64,000 nucleotides of DNA from NCBI GenBank assembly GCA_963826785.1, contig CAWGYD010000009.1:24773-88772 (forward strand), written 5' to 3'. The notes under the pieces were generated by a model. The model was not told the DNA's origin. It saw nothing but the letters and a program-made list of their open reading frames with translations, and did not search any database. Both the position numbers and the translations under genes were made by a program. Source of the stretch: an uncultured delta proteobacterium. GTDB taxonomy: Bacteria > Desulfobacterota > Desulfobacteria > Desulfobacterales > Desulfosalsimonadaceae. Shown here in pieces: positions 10,889-21,452 of the stretch; position 1 is the stretch's first letter; every line of letters starts with the position of its first letter.

Positions 10889-12171
10889 TCATGTTACGCA
10901 GGTTAATTCGTTCAGATGGAGGGTTCCGGCCGATCGTCGGCCGTTGCTGCCTGCTTCTAACCCTCTTTTGGATAATGGCGGCAAATCCGGCCATTGCCAA
11001 AGACAATTCTGAAAGTTTTTCCGCTCTGTCCCGGTTTTCAGGCCCGCAAAATGCCATCGTGGTTGCCGATCCGTGCGGGAACTTCCGTTATGCCGACAAT
11101 CCGGACCAACTGCTCATTCCCGCTTCCAGCTTAAAAGTCTTTACCGCCCTGCTGGCGCTTTCTCATCTGGGGCCGGATTTCCGGTTTACCACCGAATTTT
11201 ATCTGGATGCCAAAAACAATCTAAAGATCAAGGGATATGGCGACCCCCTGCTGATCTCGGAAGCCGTCGACCGCATATGCGCCCGCCTGGCGGAATCCAC
11301 CCATCATGTTCGCCACCTGATCATCGACAACTCCTATTTTGACGGACCGGTAAAGGTTCCCGGTTCACGAAACGGTTCGCTGCAGCCCTATGACGCCCCC
11401 AGCGGCGCATTGTGCGTCAACTTCAACACCATTTACTTTTCGTCCGATCACGGCCGGGTCGTCAGCGCCGAACCCCAGACCCCCCTGCTTCCTCTGGCGA
11501 TCCGACGCATCGGCAAAACCGGGGCGCCATCGGGTCGGATTCTGCTCACCGATGATGACGGCGACGCCGTGGTCTATGCCGGTGAACTCTTTTCCTGGTT
11601 TCTGCGGAAGCATCAGGTGGCCGTTACCGGAGAAATCCGGTGCGGCACCGTGGATACCCGAAACGACAGGCTCATCTACCGGCATGAATCGGAATATCCA
11701 TTGACGGAAGTGGTAAAACGGCTGCTGAAATACTCCAACAATTTCATTGCCAACCAGCTGTTTCTGGCCACGGGAGCGCACTTGTCAGGGCCACCGGCAA
11801 ATCTTGAAAAAAGCGTGCATGCCGCAGACCTGTTTGCACAAACGCTGGGGATCAAAGGCATGGTCATCGCGGAAGGATCGGGAATCTCGCGGCGGAACCG
11901 GGTATCGGCACGCATGTTCATGGACATCCTTGCGGCTTTTGCGCCCTATCACGACCTGATGTCCAAAGAAGGCCGGATCTATTTTAAAACTGGGACATTG
12001 AAGGGCATCAGCACCCGGGTGGGGTATGTCGGGACGGAATCCGGCGAGTTGCTGCCCTTTGCGGTGATGATCAATAAGCCAGGCCAAAACGCGGCGGAGG
12101 CGATGCGCAGGCTCAGTCAAATCAGATTTACATCAGCCCCCTGCCCTTCTCCGGACCCCCAACCCCAATAG
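10885..12171 (+). CDS. dacB: D-alanyl-D-alanine carboxypeptidase/endopeptidase (PBP4, peptidase S13)
   Basis: PASSLK (SxxK), GYGDP, SNN and KTGT motifs; signal peptide-like N-terminus. Confidence 0.9.
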   Translation: MIMLRRLIRSDGGFRPIVGRCCLLLTLFWIMAANPAIAKDNSESFSALSRFSGPQNAIVVADPCGNFRYADNPDQLLIPASSLKVFTALLALSHLGPDFRFTTEFYLDAKNNLKIKGYGDPLLISEAVDRICARLAESTHHVRHLIIDNSYFDGPVKVPGSRNGSLQPYDAPSGALCVNFNTIYFSSDHGRVVSAEPQTPLLPLAIRRIGKTGAPSGRILLTDDDGDAVVYAGELFSWFLRKHQVAVTGEIRCGTVDTRNDRLIYRHESEYPLTEVVKRLLKYSNNFIANQLFLATGAHLSGPPANLEKSVHAADLFAQTLGIKGMVIAEGSGISRRNRVSARMFMDILAAFAPYHDLMSKEGRIYFKTGTLKGISTRVGYVGTESGELLPFAVMINKPGQNAAEAMRRLSQIRFTSAPCPSPDPQPQ

Positions 12172-12218
12172 CGTCAAATCCTAAGAAAATGCAGGTCATC
12201 AGAAAAGATGGATGGTGA

Positions 12219-13025
12219 CTAATCCGGGTGTTTGCCGCCGGTGATGAAGGCATAGGCATTGTGGTTGTGGATGGATTCGAAATTTTCCACCTCCACGGAA
12301 AACCAGGTGATGTTCTTGTCCGCCTTCAGCGACAGGGCGATGTCTCTTACGATGTCTTCCACGAACTTGGGGTTGTCGTAGCTCTTTTCGGTGATATATT
12401 TCTCATCGGCGCGCTTGAGTACGGAATAGACATCGCAGGAGGCGGCGCGCTCCACCAGTTCGATCATGTCCTCGATCCAGATGAACTTCCTGAAGCGGGT
12501 GGAAAGCTTGACCATTCCCCGCTGGTTGTGGGCCCCCGCATCGCTGATTTCCTTGGAGCAGGGGCATACCGATGAAACCGGGACCACCACCTGGGAGATC
12601 AGGTCGATCTTGCAGTCCGGATGGATGGAACCGATCAGGGTGCAGGTATAATCCATCAGCCCGGGGGATTTGCTCACCGGCGCGATCTTCTCGATAAAGT
12701 AGGGAAAGGTCACCTCGATATGCGCCGATTCGGCATTTAAATGCTGCTTCATCTGGGTGAGAATTTCGGAAAACGTCCTCAGCGAAATCTTGGGGCGAAA
12801 CAGGTGCAGCATTTCCACGAACCGGCTCATGTGGGTCCCCTTGCACTCATGGGGAAGGTCCACGAACATGTTGATGGATGCGACGGTGTGCTGTTCCCCC
12901 CGGTAGCGGTCCAGAACGGTGATGGGGTATCTCAGTCCCTTGATGCCCACCTTGTTGATGGCAATGTTCCGAAAGTCCCGCTCATTTTGAATGTCTTTCA
13001 TCATTTCCGGCATAAATCCGCCCAT
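12219..13025 (-). CDS. folE2: GTP cyclohydrolase FolE2 (type IB)
   Basis: KGTHMSRF, CPCSKEIS, GAHNQR, FVEDIVR, ESIHNHNA. Confidence 0.96.
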   Translation of the reverse strand: MGGFMPEMMKDIQNERDFRNIAINKVGIKGLRYPITVLDRYRGEQHTVASINMFVDLPHECKGTHMSRFVEMLHLFRPKISLRTFSEILTQMKQHLNAESAHIEVTFPYFIEKIAPVSKSPGLMDYTCTLIGSIHPDCKIDLISQVVVPVSSVCPCSKEISDAGAHNQRGMVKLSTRFRKFIWIEDMIELVERAASCDVYSVLKRADEKYITEKSYDNPKFVEDIVRDIALSLKADKNITWFSVEVENFESIHNHNAYAFITGGKHPD

Positions 13026-13049
13026 ATCCCTAAAACCCTGTCGGGTGCG

Positions 13050-13772
13050 TCAGAGGAGATACTCCCGGTTGACGTGGCTCAAGGATCTGAAAATATTTTT
13101 TTTGATTTTTTTGTTGGCTCGGTACAGATCGTTTAAAAACGACTTGATTTCCCGTCGTTTGGATTGATCCGCGGAAGGACAGGGATTGACAAACTCAGGG
13201 AATTGCTGGTCTTTGGCAAAGCGTGCGATCCGGGCTTCATCCGCGAAGGCGAGCGGCCGGATAATGCGCAACCGGCCGCCAAACATCGGCTGAACCGGAA
13301 GCATGGTCCCCATGACCCCCGTATAGCAGATGTTTAAAAAGAAGGTTTCGATGATATCATCTTTGTGATGCCCCAGGGCAATCTTATTGCAGTCCAGCTC
13401 CCTTGCGATTTCAAACAGGCGCTGGCGCCGGCGGCGGGCGCATAGAAAGCAGGGGTTTTCCCGGTTGGCCGCACTGTGGGCGACGATGCCGAAATCCGTA
13501 TGCTCCACCCGCAGGGAAACGCCCGTCTGCGCCACCCATTGTGTCAGCTGATCGCCGAAGCACCCTTCAAAGCCCGGATCGATGTACACGGCATGCAGTG
13601 TATAGGAAACCGGCACCCGGGGCAGGCGTTCGCTCAACAGCCACAGCAGCGTCAGGCTGTCTTTTCCCCCGGAGACACCCACCAGTATCCGATCGCCCGA
13701 AGCGATCATCTCATACTGGTGGATGGCTTTTCCCAGATCGTGATTGAGCGCCTTGAAACTGTAGGTGGTCAT
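13050..13772 (-). CDS. ttcA: TtcA-family tRNA 2-thiocytidine biosynthesis PP-loop protein
   Basis: SGGKDS PP-loop, CFLC, LGHHKDD, IIRPL; the second Cys motif is only NPCP. Confidence 0.85.
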   Translation of the reverse strand: MTTYSFKALNHDLGKAIHQYEMIASGDRILVGVSGGKDSLTLLWLLSERLPRVPVSYTLHAVYIDPGFEGCFGDQLTQWVAQTGVSLRVEHTDFGIVAHSAANRENPCFLCARRRRQRLFEIARELDCNKIALGHHKDDIIETFFLNICYTGVMGTMLPVQPMFGGRLRIIRPLAFADEARIARFAKDQQFPEFVNPCPSADQSKRREIKSFLNDLYRANKKIKKNIFRSLSHVNREYLL

Positions 13773-13785
13773 CAGCCCCGCAGGA

Positions 13786-14016
13786 TCAGCACTGATCCGG
13801 CTCTTTGACTTCCGGGTCCTTCTTTTCCGATTCCTTGATGAAAACCTTTCCGGCGGCGATTTCCCGCAGTGCGGTCACAATGTCCTCGTTGTTGCGGGAT
13901 TTGACCAGCCGCGGGCTTCCTTCAGCCAGCTGGCGCACCCGTTTGGCCGCCACCTGCACCAGGAAAAACCGGTTGGGGATCCGTTTCAGGCAGTCCTCTA
14001 TGGTTACTCTTGCCAT
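13786..14016 (-). CDS. rpoZ: RNA polymerase omega subunit
   Basis: MARVTIEDCL...NRF...AAKRVRQL...ALREIAAG. Confidence 0.95.
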   Translation of the reverse strand: MARVTIEDCLKRIPNRFFLVQVAAKRVRQLAEGSPRLVKSRNNEDIVTALREIAAGKVFIKESEKKDPEVKEPDQC

Positions 14017-14040
14017 GTATACTCTCCTTTTGTTTCCCTG

Positions 14041-14508
14041 TTAAAGGATTTCAATCAGTTCATAATTTCGTTTGCCGGCCGGCACCTGGATGGCGATTTC
14101 AGCCCCCAGCTTCTTGCCCAGCATGGCCTGTCCCAGGGGGGAATTCACGGAGATCCGGCCTTCCTTGATATTCGATTCTTCCGGCCCCACCAGCTGATAG
14201 GTAACCTCCTCGCCGGTGTCGATATTTTCCAGAACCACCGTGCATCCGAAGAAAACGGCTTCTTTGCTCAGCTTGGTCGGATCGATCACGTTGGCATGGC
14301 CCAGTTTGAATTCCAGTTCACTGATCCGTCCTTCCAGGAAGCTCTGGCGTTCCTTGGCGGCCTCGTATTCGGCATTTTCGGAAAGATCCCCGTGGGCACG
14401 GGCCTCCTCGATGGCCTTGATATTCTTGGGCCGTTCAACGGCTTTCAGCCGGCCGAGTTCTTCCTTCAAGGCATCGTATCCCTGTTTGGTCATGGGTATC
14501 TGCTCCAA
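14041..14508 (-). CDS. greA: Transcription elongation factor GreA
   Basis: AHGDLSENAEY, ISVNSPLG. Confidence 0.96.
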   Translation of the reverse strand: MEQIPMTKQGYDALKEELGRLKAVERPKNIKAIEEARAHGDLSENAEYEAAKERQSFLEGRISELEFKLGHANVIDPTKLSKEAVFFGCTVVLENIDTGEEVTYQLVGPEESNIKEGRISVNSPLGQAMLGKKLGAEIAIQVPAGKRNYELIEIL

Positions 14509-14510
14509 GA

Positions 14511-15587
14511 TCAGTCTCCTGTGCCGTTTACGATATAGTTTGCAATGAGATCGCCCACTTCGTCGGTGGCATACCCCATTTTTCCGGCCGATACATTTTT
14601 GATATCGTTCCGGAGGGCTTTTTTGACCGCACTTTCGATGGCCGCCCCCGCCTTGTTCTCTCCCAGTGTTTCCAGCAGCAGCTGGGTGGAAAGGATGGCG
14701 GCAATCGGGTTGATTATCTTCTTGCCGGTATACTTGGGCGCCGACCCCCCAATGGGTTCAAACATGGACACCCCTTCGGGATTGATGTTGCCTCCGGCGG
14801 CAATGCCCATGCCGCCCTGGATCATGGCCCCCAGGTCGGTGATGATGTCCCCGAACATGTTGTCGGTAACGATCACGTCAAACCATTCCGGGTTTTTGAC
14901 CATCCACATGCAGATGGCATCCACATGGGCGTAATCGGTTTCAACATCCGGGTACGCTTTGGCCACTTCATAGAAGGTGCGCTCCCACAAGTCAAACGCA
15001 AATGTCAATACGTTGGTCTTGCCGCACAGGGTCAGCTTTTTTCGCCGGTTGCGATTCCGGCAGTATTCGAAAGCATAGCGGATGCAGCGCTCCACCCCTT
15101 TGCGGGTGTTGATCGATTCCTGAATGGCCACTTCGTCTGCGGTCCCCTTCTTGAGGGTACCGCCGGCGCCGGCGTAAAGCCCCTCGCTGTTTTCCCGGAC
15201 CACGACAAAGTCAATATCCGCCGGCGTCTTTCCTTTCAGAGGGGTGTCGACGCCTTCATAGAGTTTGACCGGCCTCAGATTGATGTATTGATCGAGTTCA
15301 AACCGCAGCCTGAGCAATAATCCTTTTTCCAGGATGCCGGGTTTGACATCCGGGTGTCCGATGGCGCCTAAAAAAATGGCGTCTGCTGAAGACAGCTGGG
15401 AAACAGTTGTGTCCGGCAGAATCTCACCTGTTTTTTTATAATGCTCACCGCCCAGATCATAATAGGTATAATCCAGTTTGAAGCCATAGACGCCGGCAGC
15501 GGCATCCATCGCCTTGATGCCTTCGGCCACCACCTCCGGTCCGGTCCCGTCTCCGGGGAGAACTGCGATATTGTACTGTCTGGTCAT
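14511..15587 (-). CDS. leuB: 3-isopropylmalate dehydrogenase
   Basis: LPGDGTGPEV, NLRP, VVRENSEG, NMFGDIITD, FEPIGGSAP. Confidence 0.9.
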   Translation of the reverse strand: MTRQYNIAVLPGDGTGPEVVAEGIKAMDAAAGVYGFKLDYTYYDLGGEHYKKTGEILPDTTVSQLSSADAIFLGAIGHPDVKPGILEKGLLLRLRFELDQYINLRPVKLYEGVDTPLKGKTPADIDFVVVRENSEGLYAGAGGTLKKGTADEVAIQESINTRKGVERCIRYAFEYCRNRNRRKKLTLCGKTNVLTFAFDLWERTFYEVAKAYPDVETDYAHVDAICMWMVKNPEWFDVIVTDNMFGDIITDLGAMIQGGMGIAAGGNINPEGVSMFEPIGGSAPKYTGKKIINPIAAILSTQLLLETLGENKAGAAIESAVKKALRNDIKNVSAGKMGYATDEVGDLIANYIVNGTGD

Positions 15588-15682
15588 GTATAACGCTCCT
15601 CAACTTTGAACAAAATTCCGGCAACTGATGAATATGAATATGCACTCAGATACCCGCGAGTACCTTCGGCAAACAATAACAC

Positions 15683-16357
15683 TTAGTGCAGGTGCGCCAG
15701 GATCGAACTTCCGGCCTTCACCCGATCGCCTTTTCTCACGATGATTTCCGAATCGGGCGGGAGGTAAAGATCAAGACGGGACCCGAAGCAGATCAACCCG
15801 AACCGTGCGCCACGAACTATCGCATCTTTTTCCGAAACAAAACAGATGATGCGGCGGGCCACCAGTCCGGCGATCTGCACAAAGGCGATCTTCCGGTGGT
15901 CTTCGGTATCCATCAGCACCGCATTATGTTCGTTTTTCATGGATGCGCTGTCCCGGTCCGCGGGATAAAAACGGCCGGGCCGGTAAGTGATGGTATTCAC
16001 CACGCCTGAATAGGGGACCCGGTTGACATGCACGTTCAACAGGGACATGAATACCCCGATCTTAACGCAGGGACCGTCCCAGTAAGGATTTTCAGAAGCC
16101 ACCCCCACGCTGACCACCCGGCCATCGGCCGGCGATACCACGGCCTTGGCCACATCCGGAATAAGCCGATCCGGGTCCCGGAAGAAAAGGCAGATGCTCA
16201 AGGTCAGGACCAACCCGGCGATGGCGGGTATGCTCCATCCGAGCAGGGCAAAGACCAGGGTGACAAACCCGGAAGCGATAATAAACGGGTATCCGGCTGA
16301 AGCAATGGGAAATGCCGTCAGACGGGGAGATTCGGCTCGATAAAAAGGTGTCGTCAT
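15683..16357 (-). CDS. psd: Phosphatidylserine decarboxylase proenzyme
   Basis: FFRDP, SPADG, NVHVNR, QIAGLVARRI, FGS autocleavage motif. Confidence 0.93.
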   Translation of the reverse strand: MTTPFYRAESPRLTAFPIASAGYPFIIASGFVTLVFALLGWSIPAIAGLVLTLSICLFFRDPDRLIPDVAKAVVSPADGRVVSVGVASENPYWDGPCVKIGVFMSLLNVHVNRVPYSGVVNTITYRPGRFYPADRDSASMKNEHNAVLMDTEDHRKIAFVQIAGLVARRIICFVSEKDAIVRGARFGLICFGSRLDLYLPPDSEIIVRKGDRVKAGSSILAHLH

Positions 16358-16421
16358 TAAATTATCAACTTTGAATTAAATATATAAAATCCGACATCTT
16401 TAATCAAAAAATCGCCGCATG

Positions 16422-17138
16422 TCAATGAAAACAGCCGGATTCGCTTAAATTTTTGTTTAAAACACGGTTTCTTTCCGCATCGGGTTTGCGGATATAATGA
16501 GGGATCAGCGATTCTGCCGAATCCACCCTGCCCTGCTCAAATCGTCTGATTGCCATTTCCCCGACAACGGCTGCGCGAACCGTGTGGCAGGCGGGCGGCG
16601 GAAAAACCGCCAGGCTCCCCAGTGCCTTCAGAATGATTTTCCGGTGGGCAATGGCACCGTCTCCAATCACGATCACCGGTTCATGGATCTGAAAAAAAGC
16701 AGCCTCCGGGGAAATCACCTGCTCAGGGAAGATTTTGACCGTCTGATTTTCGGTACGTTTAAATCCTGCGGTGTAGATTTCTCCTTTCCTGGCATCGAGC
16801 ATGGGACAGATCAACATCGAATGTCCCCAGAAGGGGTAGGCCAGGACCTCAAGGGTTGGAATACCCACCAGCGGCTTTCGGGTGGCCGCGGCAAAGCCCT
16901 TGACGGTGGAAAGCCCGATGCGCAGTCCCGTGAAGCTGCCGGGCCCGGTAGTGACCGCAAAACCGTCCAATTCAGCCATGGTCATCCGGTGGGCGCCAAG
17001 TGCCTGGTCTACCAGGTCCAGCACCACCCTGGCATGGGTCTGTCCATGATTGACCGTCAGTTCGGAAATGAGGGTCTCACCGGCGTGAATGGCCACACTG
17101 CAGGACCGGGTCGCCGTATCCAGAGAAAGAATTTTCAT
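16422..17138 (-). CDS. tsaB: tRNA threonylcarbamoyladenosine biosynthesis protein TsaB
   Basis: [32 protein letters not shown]. Confidence 0.95.
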   Translation of the reverse strand: MKILSLDTATRSCSVAIHAGETLISELTVNHGQTHARVVLDLVDQALGAHRMTMAELDGFAVTTGPGSFTGLRIGLSTVKGFAAATRKPLVGIPTLEVLAYPFWGHSMLICPMLDARKGEIYTAGFKRTENQTVKIFPEQVISPEAAFFQIHEPVIVIGDGAIAHRKIILKALGSLAVFPPPACHTVRAAVVGEMAIRRFEQGRVDSAESLIPHYIRKPDAERNRVLNKNLSESGCFH

Positions 17139-17145
17139 GAGGTGC

Positions 17146-19593
17146 TCAGTTTCCGGAAGCGGCTTTTCCGGCTTTTTCTCTTTTGGCGGATGCGCGCTTG
17201 GGTTTCGGAGTAGCGATCAGATCGCTGCCGATGGCCACTTCAATGACTTCATCGATGTGGGTGACCGGGATGAACTTGATCTTGCGCTTGACATTCTTGG
17301 GGATCTCGACCAGTTCCCGTTTGTTTTTTTCCGGGATGATGATGGTTTTGATCCCGGCCCGCAATGCCCCCAGCGCCTTTTCCCGCAGCCCGCCGATGGG
17401 CAGCACCCGCCCCCGCAGGGTGATTTCCCCGGTCATGGCCACTTCCGTGTTCACCGGGCGCTGGGTAACGGCGGAGATGAGCGCCGTGGCCATGGCGATG
17501 CCGGCAGAAGGCCCGTCCTTGGGGATGGCGCCGGCCGGCACATGAATATGAATATCGAGATTTTCGAAAAAATTTCTTTCCAGCCCGAAATCATTGATGT
17601 GCGACCGGGCGTAACTCACCGCCGCCCGGGCGGATTCCTGCATGATCTCCCCCACCTGACCGGTGATGATCAACTCCCCCTTTCCTTCCAGCAGAGACGC
17701 TTCCACATAGAGGACCTCACCGCCCACGTTGGTCCAGGCAAGTCCGGTGGACAAACCGATCTGACTCTCTTCCTGGTCCATTTCGGGGATAAACTTGGGG
17801 GGTCCGAGATATTTCGGCAGCGACTGCCGGGTAATATGAAAAGGCCCCTTGTCCCCTTCGGCGATCTTGCGGGCGATCTTCCTGCAAATGGCGCCCAGTT
17901 CCCGTTCCAGATTCCGCAGGCCGGCCTCGGAAGTATATTCCTCGATGATCTGCCGAAGGGCGGGGGGGCTGATCTCCAGATGATTTTTCCGCAGGCCGTT
18001 TTCCTTGAGCTGCCTGGGGAGCAGGTAGCGTTCGGCGATGATCCCCTTTTCCTCGATGGTATACCCCGACAGGTAGATCACCTCCATCCGGTCCAGCAGG
18101 GCGGAAGGGATGGTATCGGTAATATTGGCGGTGAGGATGAACAGCACATCCGACAAGTCAAACGAAAGATTCAAGTAATGATCGCTGAAGCTGGCGTTCT
18201 GTTCAGGATCCAGGGCTTCGAGAAGCGCGGAGGAGGGATCCCCGCGAAAATCGGAGCCGATTTTGTCAATTTCATCCATCATGAACACCGGATTGCGGGT
18301 ACCGCATTGTTTCAGTCCCTGCAGGATACGACCGGGCATGGCGCCGATGTAGGTCCGGCGATGTCCGCGGATTTCCGCTTCATCATGGATGCCCCCCAGC
18401 GAAAACCGGAAAAATTTGCGGTTCATGGCCTTGGCGATCGCCTGGCCCAGCGAGGTCTTTCCTACCCCGGGCGGCCCCACGAAACAGAGAATCTGCCCTT
18501 TTTTCTGAGGATTGAGTTTCCGGACGCTCAAGTATTCGAGTACCCGGTCTTTGACAATATCAAGGCCGTAATGATGCTTGTTGAGCATCTTTTTGGCCGC
18601 CGGAATATCGATGACATCCTTTGAGGCCTTGCTCCAGGGAAGCTCCGTCATCCAGTCCAGGTAGCCGCGCACCACCGTGGCTTCGGAAGAATCCGGATGC
18701 ATCATTTCGAGGCGCTTGAGCTGTTTTTCCGCTTCCTTTTGCGGTTCCTTGGGCAGCTTGGCCCGTTTCAGCCGTTTTCGATAGTCTTCTATCTCATCGG
18801 CCTTTTCATCAAATTCCCCCAGCTCCTTGTTAATGGCGCGGACCTGCTCTCTTAAGAAATAATCCCGCTGGCTCTTTGATATTTCGTTTCTGACATTGGA
18901 CTGGATCTTGGCCTGCATCATGGACAAGTCGACTTCACGGGTCAGGTAATCGTTTACCACCTGCAGCCGCTCTACCGGATTGGTGATCTCGAGCAGTTCC
19001 TGGGCTTCTTCAATCTTGAGCTTCAGGTTCGATGAGACCAGGTCCGCCAGCTTGCCGGGGTGTTCGATGTCTTCCAGAAGAACACCGATCTCGCTGGAGT
19101 ATTCACCCCGTATCGTGAGTATTTTTTCGCAGTTTTCCCGGACATTGCGCATTAATGCCTGATGTTCAAGTTGAGCATTTTCAAAATAATCATCCGATAT
19201 AACTTCGATTTTAACATTATATACGTATTTTCTGCTCACGAATTTTTTAATCCGGCCCTTGGTCAAGCCCTGCACCAGGATCTTGAACTGCCCTTCCGGA
19301 AGCTTTAAAATACGCAGAATGCGGCATATGGTACCGACCCGGTAAATCTCTTCCGGTTTCGGATCCTCGAGGGAGGGGTCTTTCTGGGTTGCCAGAAAGA
19401 TCAGGCGATCTTTGTCCATTCCAGCCTCCACCGCCTTGATGGAACGCTCTCTGCCGATGAAAAGGGGCAGGACCATGTCTGTAAAGATCACCACATCCCT
19501 TACCGGCAACAGCGGCAACTGGGCCGGCATCACCGGTTTGACATCTCCGTCTTCCAGCAAACTGACGAGATCGTCTTTGTCTGTCTCTGCCAT
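17146..19593 (-). CDS. lon: ATP-dependent protease La
   Basis: GPPGVGKTS, GHRRTYIGAMPG, PKDGPSAG catalytic Ser. Confidence 0.98.
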   Translation of the reverse strand: MAETDKDDLVSLLEDGDVKPVMPAQLPLLPVRDVVIFTDMVLPLFIGRERSIKAVEAGMDKDRLIFLATQKDPSLEDPKPEEIYRVGTICRILRILKLPEGQFKILVQGLTKGRIKKFVSRKYVYNVKIEVISDDYFENAQLEHQALMRNVRENCEKILTIRGEYSSEIGVLLEDIEHPGKLADLVSSNLKLKIEEAQELLEITNPVERLQVVNDYLTREVDLSMMQAKIQSNVRNEISKSQRDYFLREQVRAINKELGEFDEKADEIEDYRKRLKRAKLPKEPQKEAEKQLKRLEMMHPDSSEATVVRGYLDWMTELPWSKASKDVIDIPAAKKMLNKHHYGLDIVKDRVLEYLSVRKLNPQKKGQILCFVGPPGVGKTSLGQAIAKAMNRKFFRFSLGGIHDEAEIRGHRRTYIGAMPGRILQGLKQCGTRNPVFMMDEIDKIGSDFRGDPSSALLEALDPEQNASFSDHYLNLSFDLSDVLFILTANITDTIPSALLDRMEVIYLSGYTIEEKGIIAERYLLPRQLKENGLRKNHLEISPPALRQIIEEYTSEAGLRNLERELGAICRKIARKIAEGDKGPFHITRQSLPKYLGPPKFIPEMDQEESQIGLSTGLAWTNVGGEVLYVEASLLEGKGELIITGQVGEIMQESARAAVSYARSHINDFGLERNFFENLDIHIHVPAGAIPKDGPSAGIAMATALISAVTQRPVNTEVAMTGEITLRGRVLPIGGLREKALGALRAGIKTIIIPEKNKRELVEIPKNVKRKIKFIPVTHIDEVIEVAIGSDLIATPKPKRASAKREKAGKAASGN

Positions 19594-19845
19594 AAATCCA
19601 CCTGTTGTTCTTTATTTCAATGACTTAGATCATTCGATCCAAATAAGATAAGCATCGGTATTTTATATTCAATATGCAATGAAAAAACGCGATGGCGTTC
19701 CGGTGCGTTTGAGCTGTCTTGATCTATTATGTTTATTTTCCAACTTCAACCCTAAAATCATTGATTTGAGTGAAAAACGATTATGATGTTTGAAAAACAG
19801 CCGGTTTGTGTTATTGATCCGAAACACGATAAGTCAAGGAGTTTC

Positions 19846-20637
19846 ATGGATCCAATCGCTGTTTCGTTCATGCCGGAGCCTCTGTCGATGATCATGGCTT
19901 TTATTTTCGGGGCCTGCATCGGCAGTTTTTTAAATGTCTGCATTTCCCGGATGCCCCAATCCATTTCCATCGTGAAACCGGGTTCCCGGTGTCCCGACTG
20001 CAAAACTCCGATCCGGGCCTATGACAATATCCCGATCTTAAGCTTCCTGTGGCTTCGGGGCAAATGCAGGGGCTGCGCAAAGTCCATCTCTGTCCGCTAT
20101 CCCCTGATCGAGGCGCTGACCGGCGGACTTGCCGTCGCCGTCCTGCTGAAGTTCGGCCTCTCTTTTGATGCGGCCGTCTATTTCATTTTCATGTGTGCAC
20201 TGGTGGTCATCACCTTCATCGACATCGACCACCAGATCATTCCCGATATCATTTCTCTGCCGGGGATCCCCGTGGGAATACTGGCATCGATCCTGCTGTC
20301 TTCTTTAACTTTCTGGGAATCGATCATCGGGGCGGTCTTCGGAGGCGGCATTCTCCTTTCCATCGCCTGGGGATACTATCTGTTCACGGGCAAAGAGGGC
20401 ATGGGCGGCGGCGACATTAAGCTTCTGGCCATGATCGGCGCCTTTGTCGGATGGCAGGGTGTGGTATTCACGATTTTCCTTTCGTCGGTGACCGGAACCG
20501 TCGTCGGTGTTCTGCTGATGGCTTTTGCCCGGAAAGATCTGAAATTTGCGGTCCCTTTCGGCCCTTTCCTGTCCATTGGCGCCATCGTCTACGTATTTTT
20601 CGGTCCTGCAGTGATCACCTGGTATTACTACGGTTGA
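19846..20637 (+). CDS. pilD: Prepilin peptidase / N-methyltransferase (A24)
   Basis: GSFLNV, CPDC/CRGC Zn pairs, FIDID, GMGGGDIKL, PFGPFL; AAGGAG before ATG 19846. Confidence 0.93.
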   Translation: MDPIAVSFMPEPLSMIMAFIFGACIGSFLNVCISRMPQSISIVKPGSRCPDCKTPIRAYDNIPILSFLWLRGKCRGCAKSISVRYPLIEALTGGLAVAVLLKFGLSFDAAVYFIFMCALVVITFIDIDHQIIPDIISLPGIPVGILASILLSSLTFWESIIGAVFGGGILLSIAWGYYLFTGKEGMGGGDIKLLAMIGAFVGWQGVVFTIFLSSVTGTVVGVLLMAFARKDLKFAVPFGPFLSIGAIVYVFFGPAVITWYYYG

Positions 20638-20725
20638 ACTACAAAAATCAGCGACTTGCCGCCATTCCCCCGTCAAAACCCCTGTTTTCAGGCACACCCG
20701 GCGAAGATGCAAGTTCTGATTTTTC

Positions 20726-20754
20726 TTGACACACCAGAATGTTAAAAGTAACTT
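20726..20754 (+). promoter_or_regulatory. Putative sigma70 promoter for the HU gene (implies a leader of about 170 nt)
   Basis: TTGACA-N17-TAACTT. Confidence 0.55.
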
Positions 20755-20929
20755 CGATGTTGTCGAATCGCCGATATTTCTTGCCATTCAGCGAATCGTT
20801 GATCAAATGTTCTTTGCCAGATTCCGACTAAAGCGGATCGTTTTTCCCCATACCGGAAATCTCCGGTATCCTCAGGCAACTGTAAACCCAGGAACAACGG
20901 CAATCCAATCCAACGAAAGGAGAAACACG

Positions 20930-21199
20930 GTGAACAAAAAAGACTTAGTAAACGAAGTATCCAAAGTCGTCAGCACCAAGAAAGAGGCACAGGCAGCTGT
21001 GGATTGTGTTATCCAGACCATCAGCGATTCACTTGCAAAAGGCGATACCGTAACGCTGGTCGGCTTCGGGACCTTCAAGGCGGTAAAACGAGACGCCAGA
21101 ACCGGCCGCAATCCCCAGACGGGCAAACCCATCAACATCAAGGCCAAAAACGTCCCAAAGTTCGCTCCCGGCAAGGCTCTGAAGGATGCGGTAAACTAA
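20930..21199 (+). CDS. hup: DNA-binding protein HU
   Basis: GTG start after AAAGGAG; NKKDLV...VGFGTF...RTGRNPQTG...PKFAPGKALKDAVN. Confidence 0.96.
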   Translation: MNKKDLVNEVSKVVSTKKEAQAAVDCVIQTISDSLAKGDTVTLVGFGTFKAVKRDARTGRNPQTGKPINIKAKNVPKFAPGKALKDAVN

Positions 21200-21222
21200 A
21201 TTCCGGCTCCTTATCCCACTTC

Positions 21223-21278
21223 TTTTGAATTGTACCTCAAGTAATTGTCTTTATAAATACTTGGGGTACAATTCAAAA
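21223..21278. terminator. Long AT-rich inverted repeat downstream of HU
   Basis: TTTTGAATTGTACCTCAAGTA...TACTTGGGGTACAATTCAAAA. Confidence 0.55.
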
Positions 21279-21395
21279 TCCCATGCTCCATTTATATTCC
21301 GCTTCTCTCAGTTTTGTTCTACTTCTTAAAGACATCGACGGGCTTTTTATTCCATAAAGGCCGGCGCACTCATTTCGGCCCCACGAGCCAATGAT

Positions 21396-21432
21396 AAAAA
21401 AAGGCGGCACATGTTTAAGTGCCGCCCTTTTT
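21396..21432. terminator. Intrinsic terminator, probably bidirectional, between HU and the hesB-like gene
   Basis: A-tract-GGCGGCAC-loop-GTGCCGCC-T-tract. Confidence 0.8.
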
Positions 21433-21452
21433 GTATCATTTAAGAAAAAACG

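Noticed and set aside
17089..18624. 511-aa ORF antisense to lon (likewise 8092..9900 opposite ileS and 2550..4235 opposite the helicase)
   Set aside because: Shadow ORFs expected from GC-rich codon usage on the coding strand; no recognisable motifs
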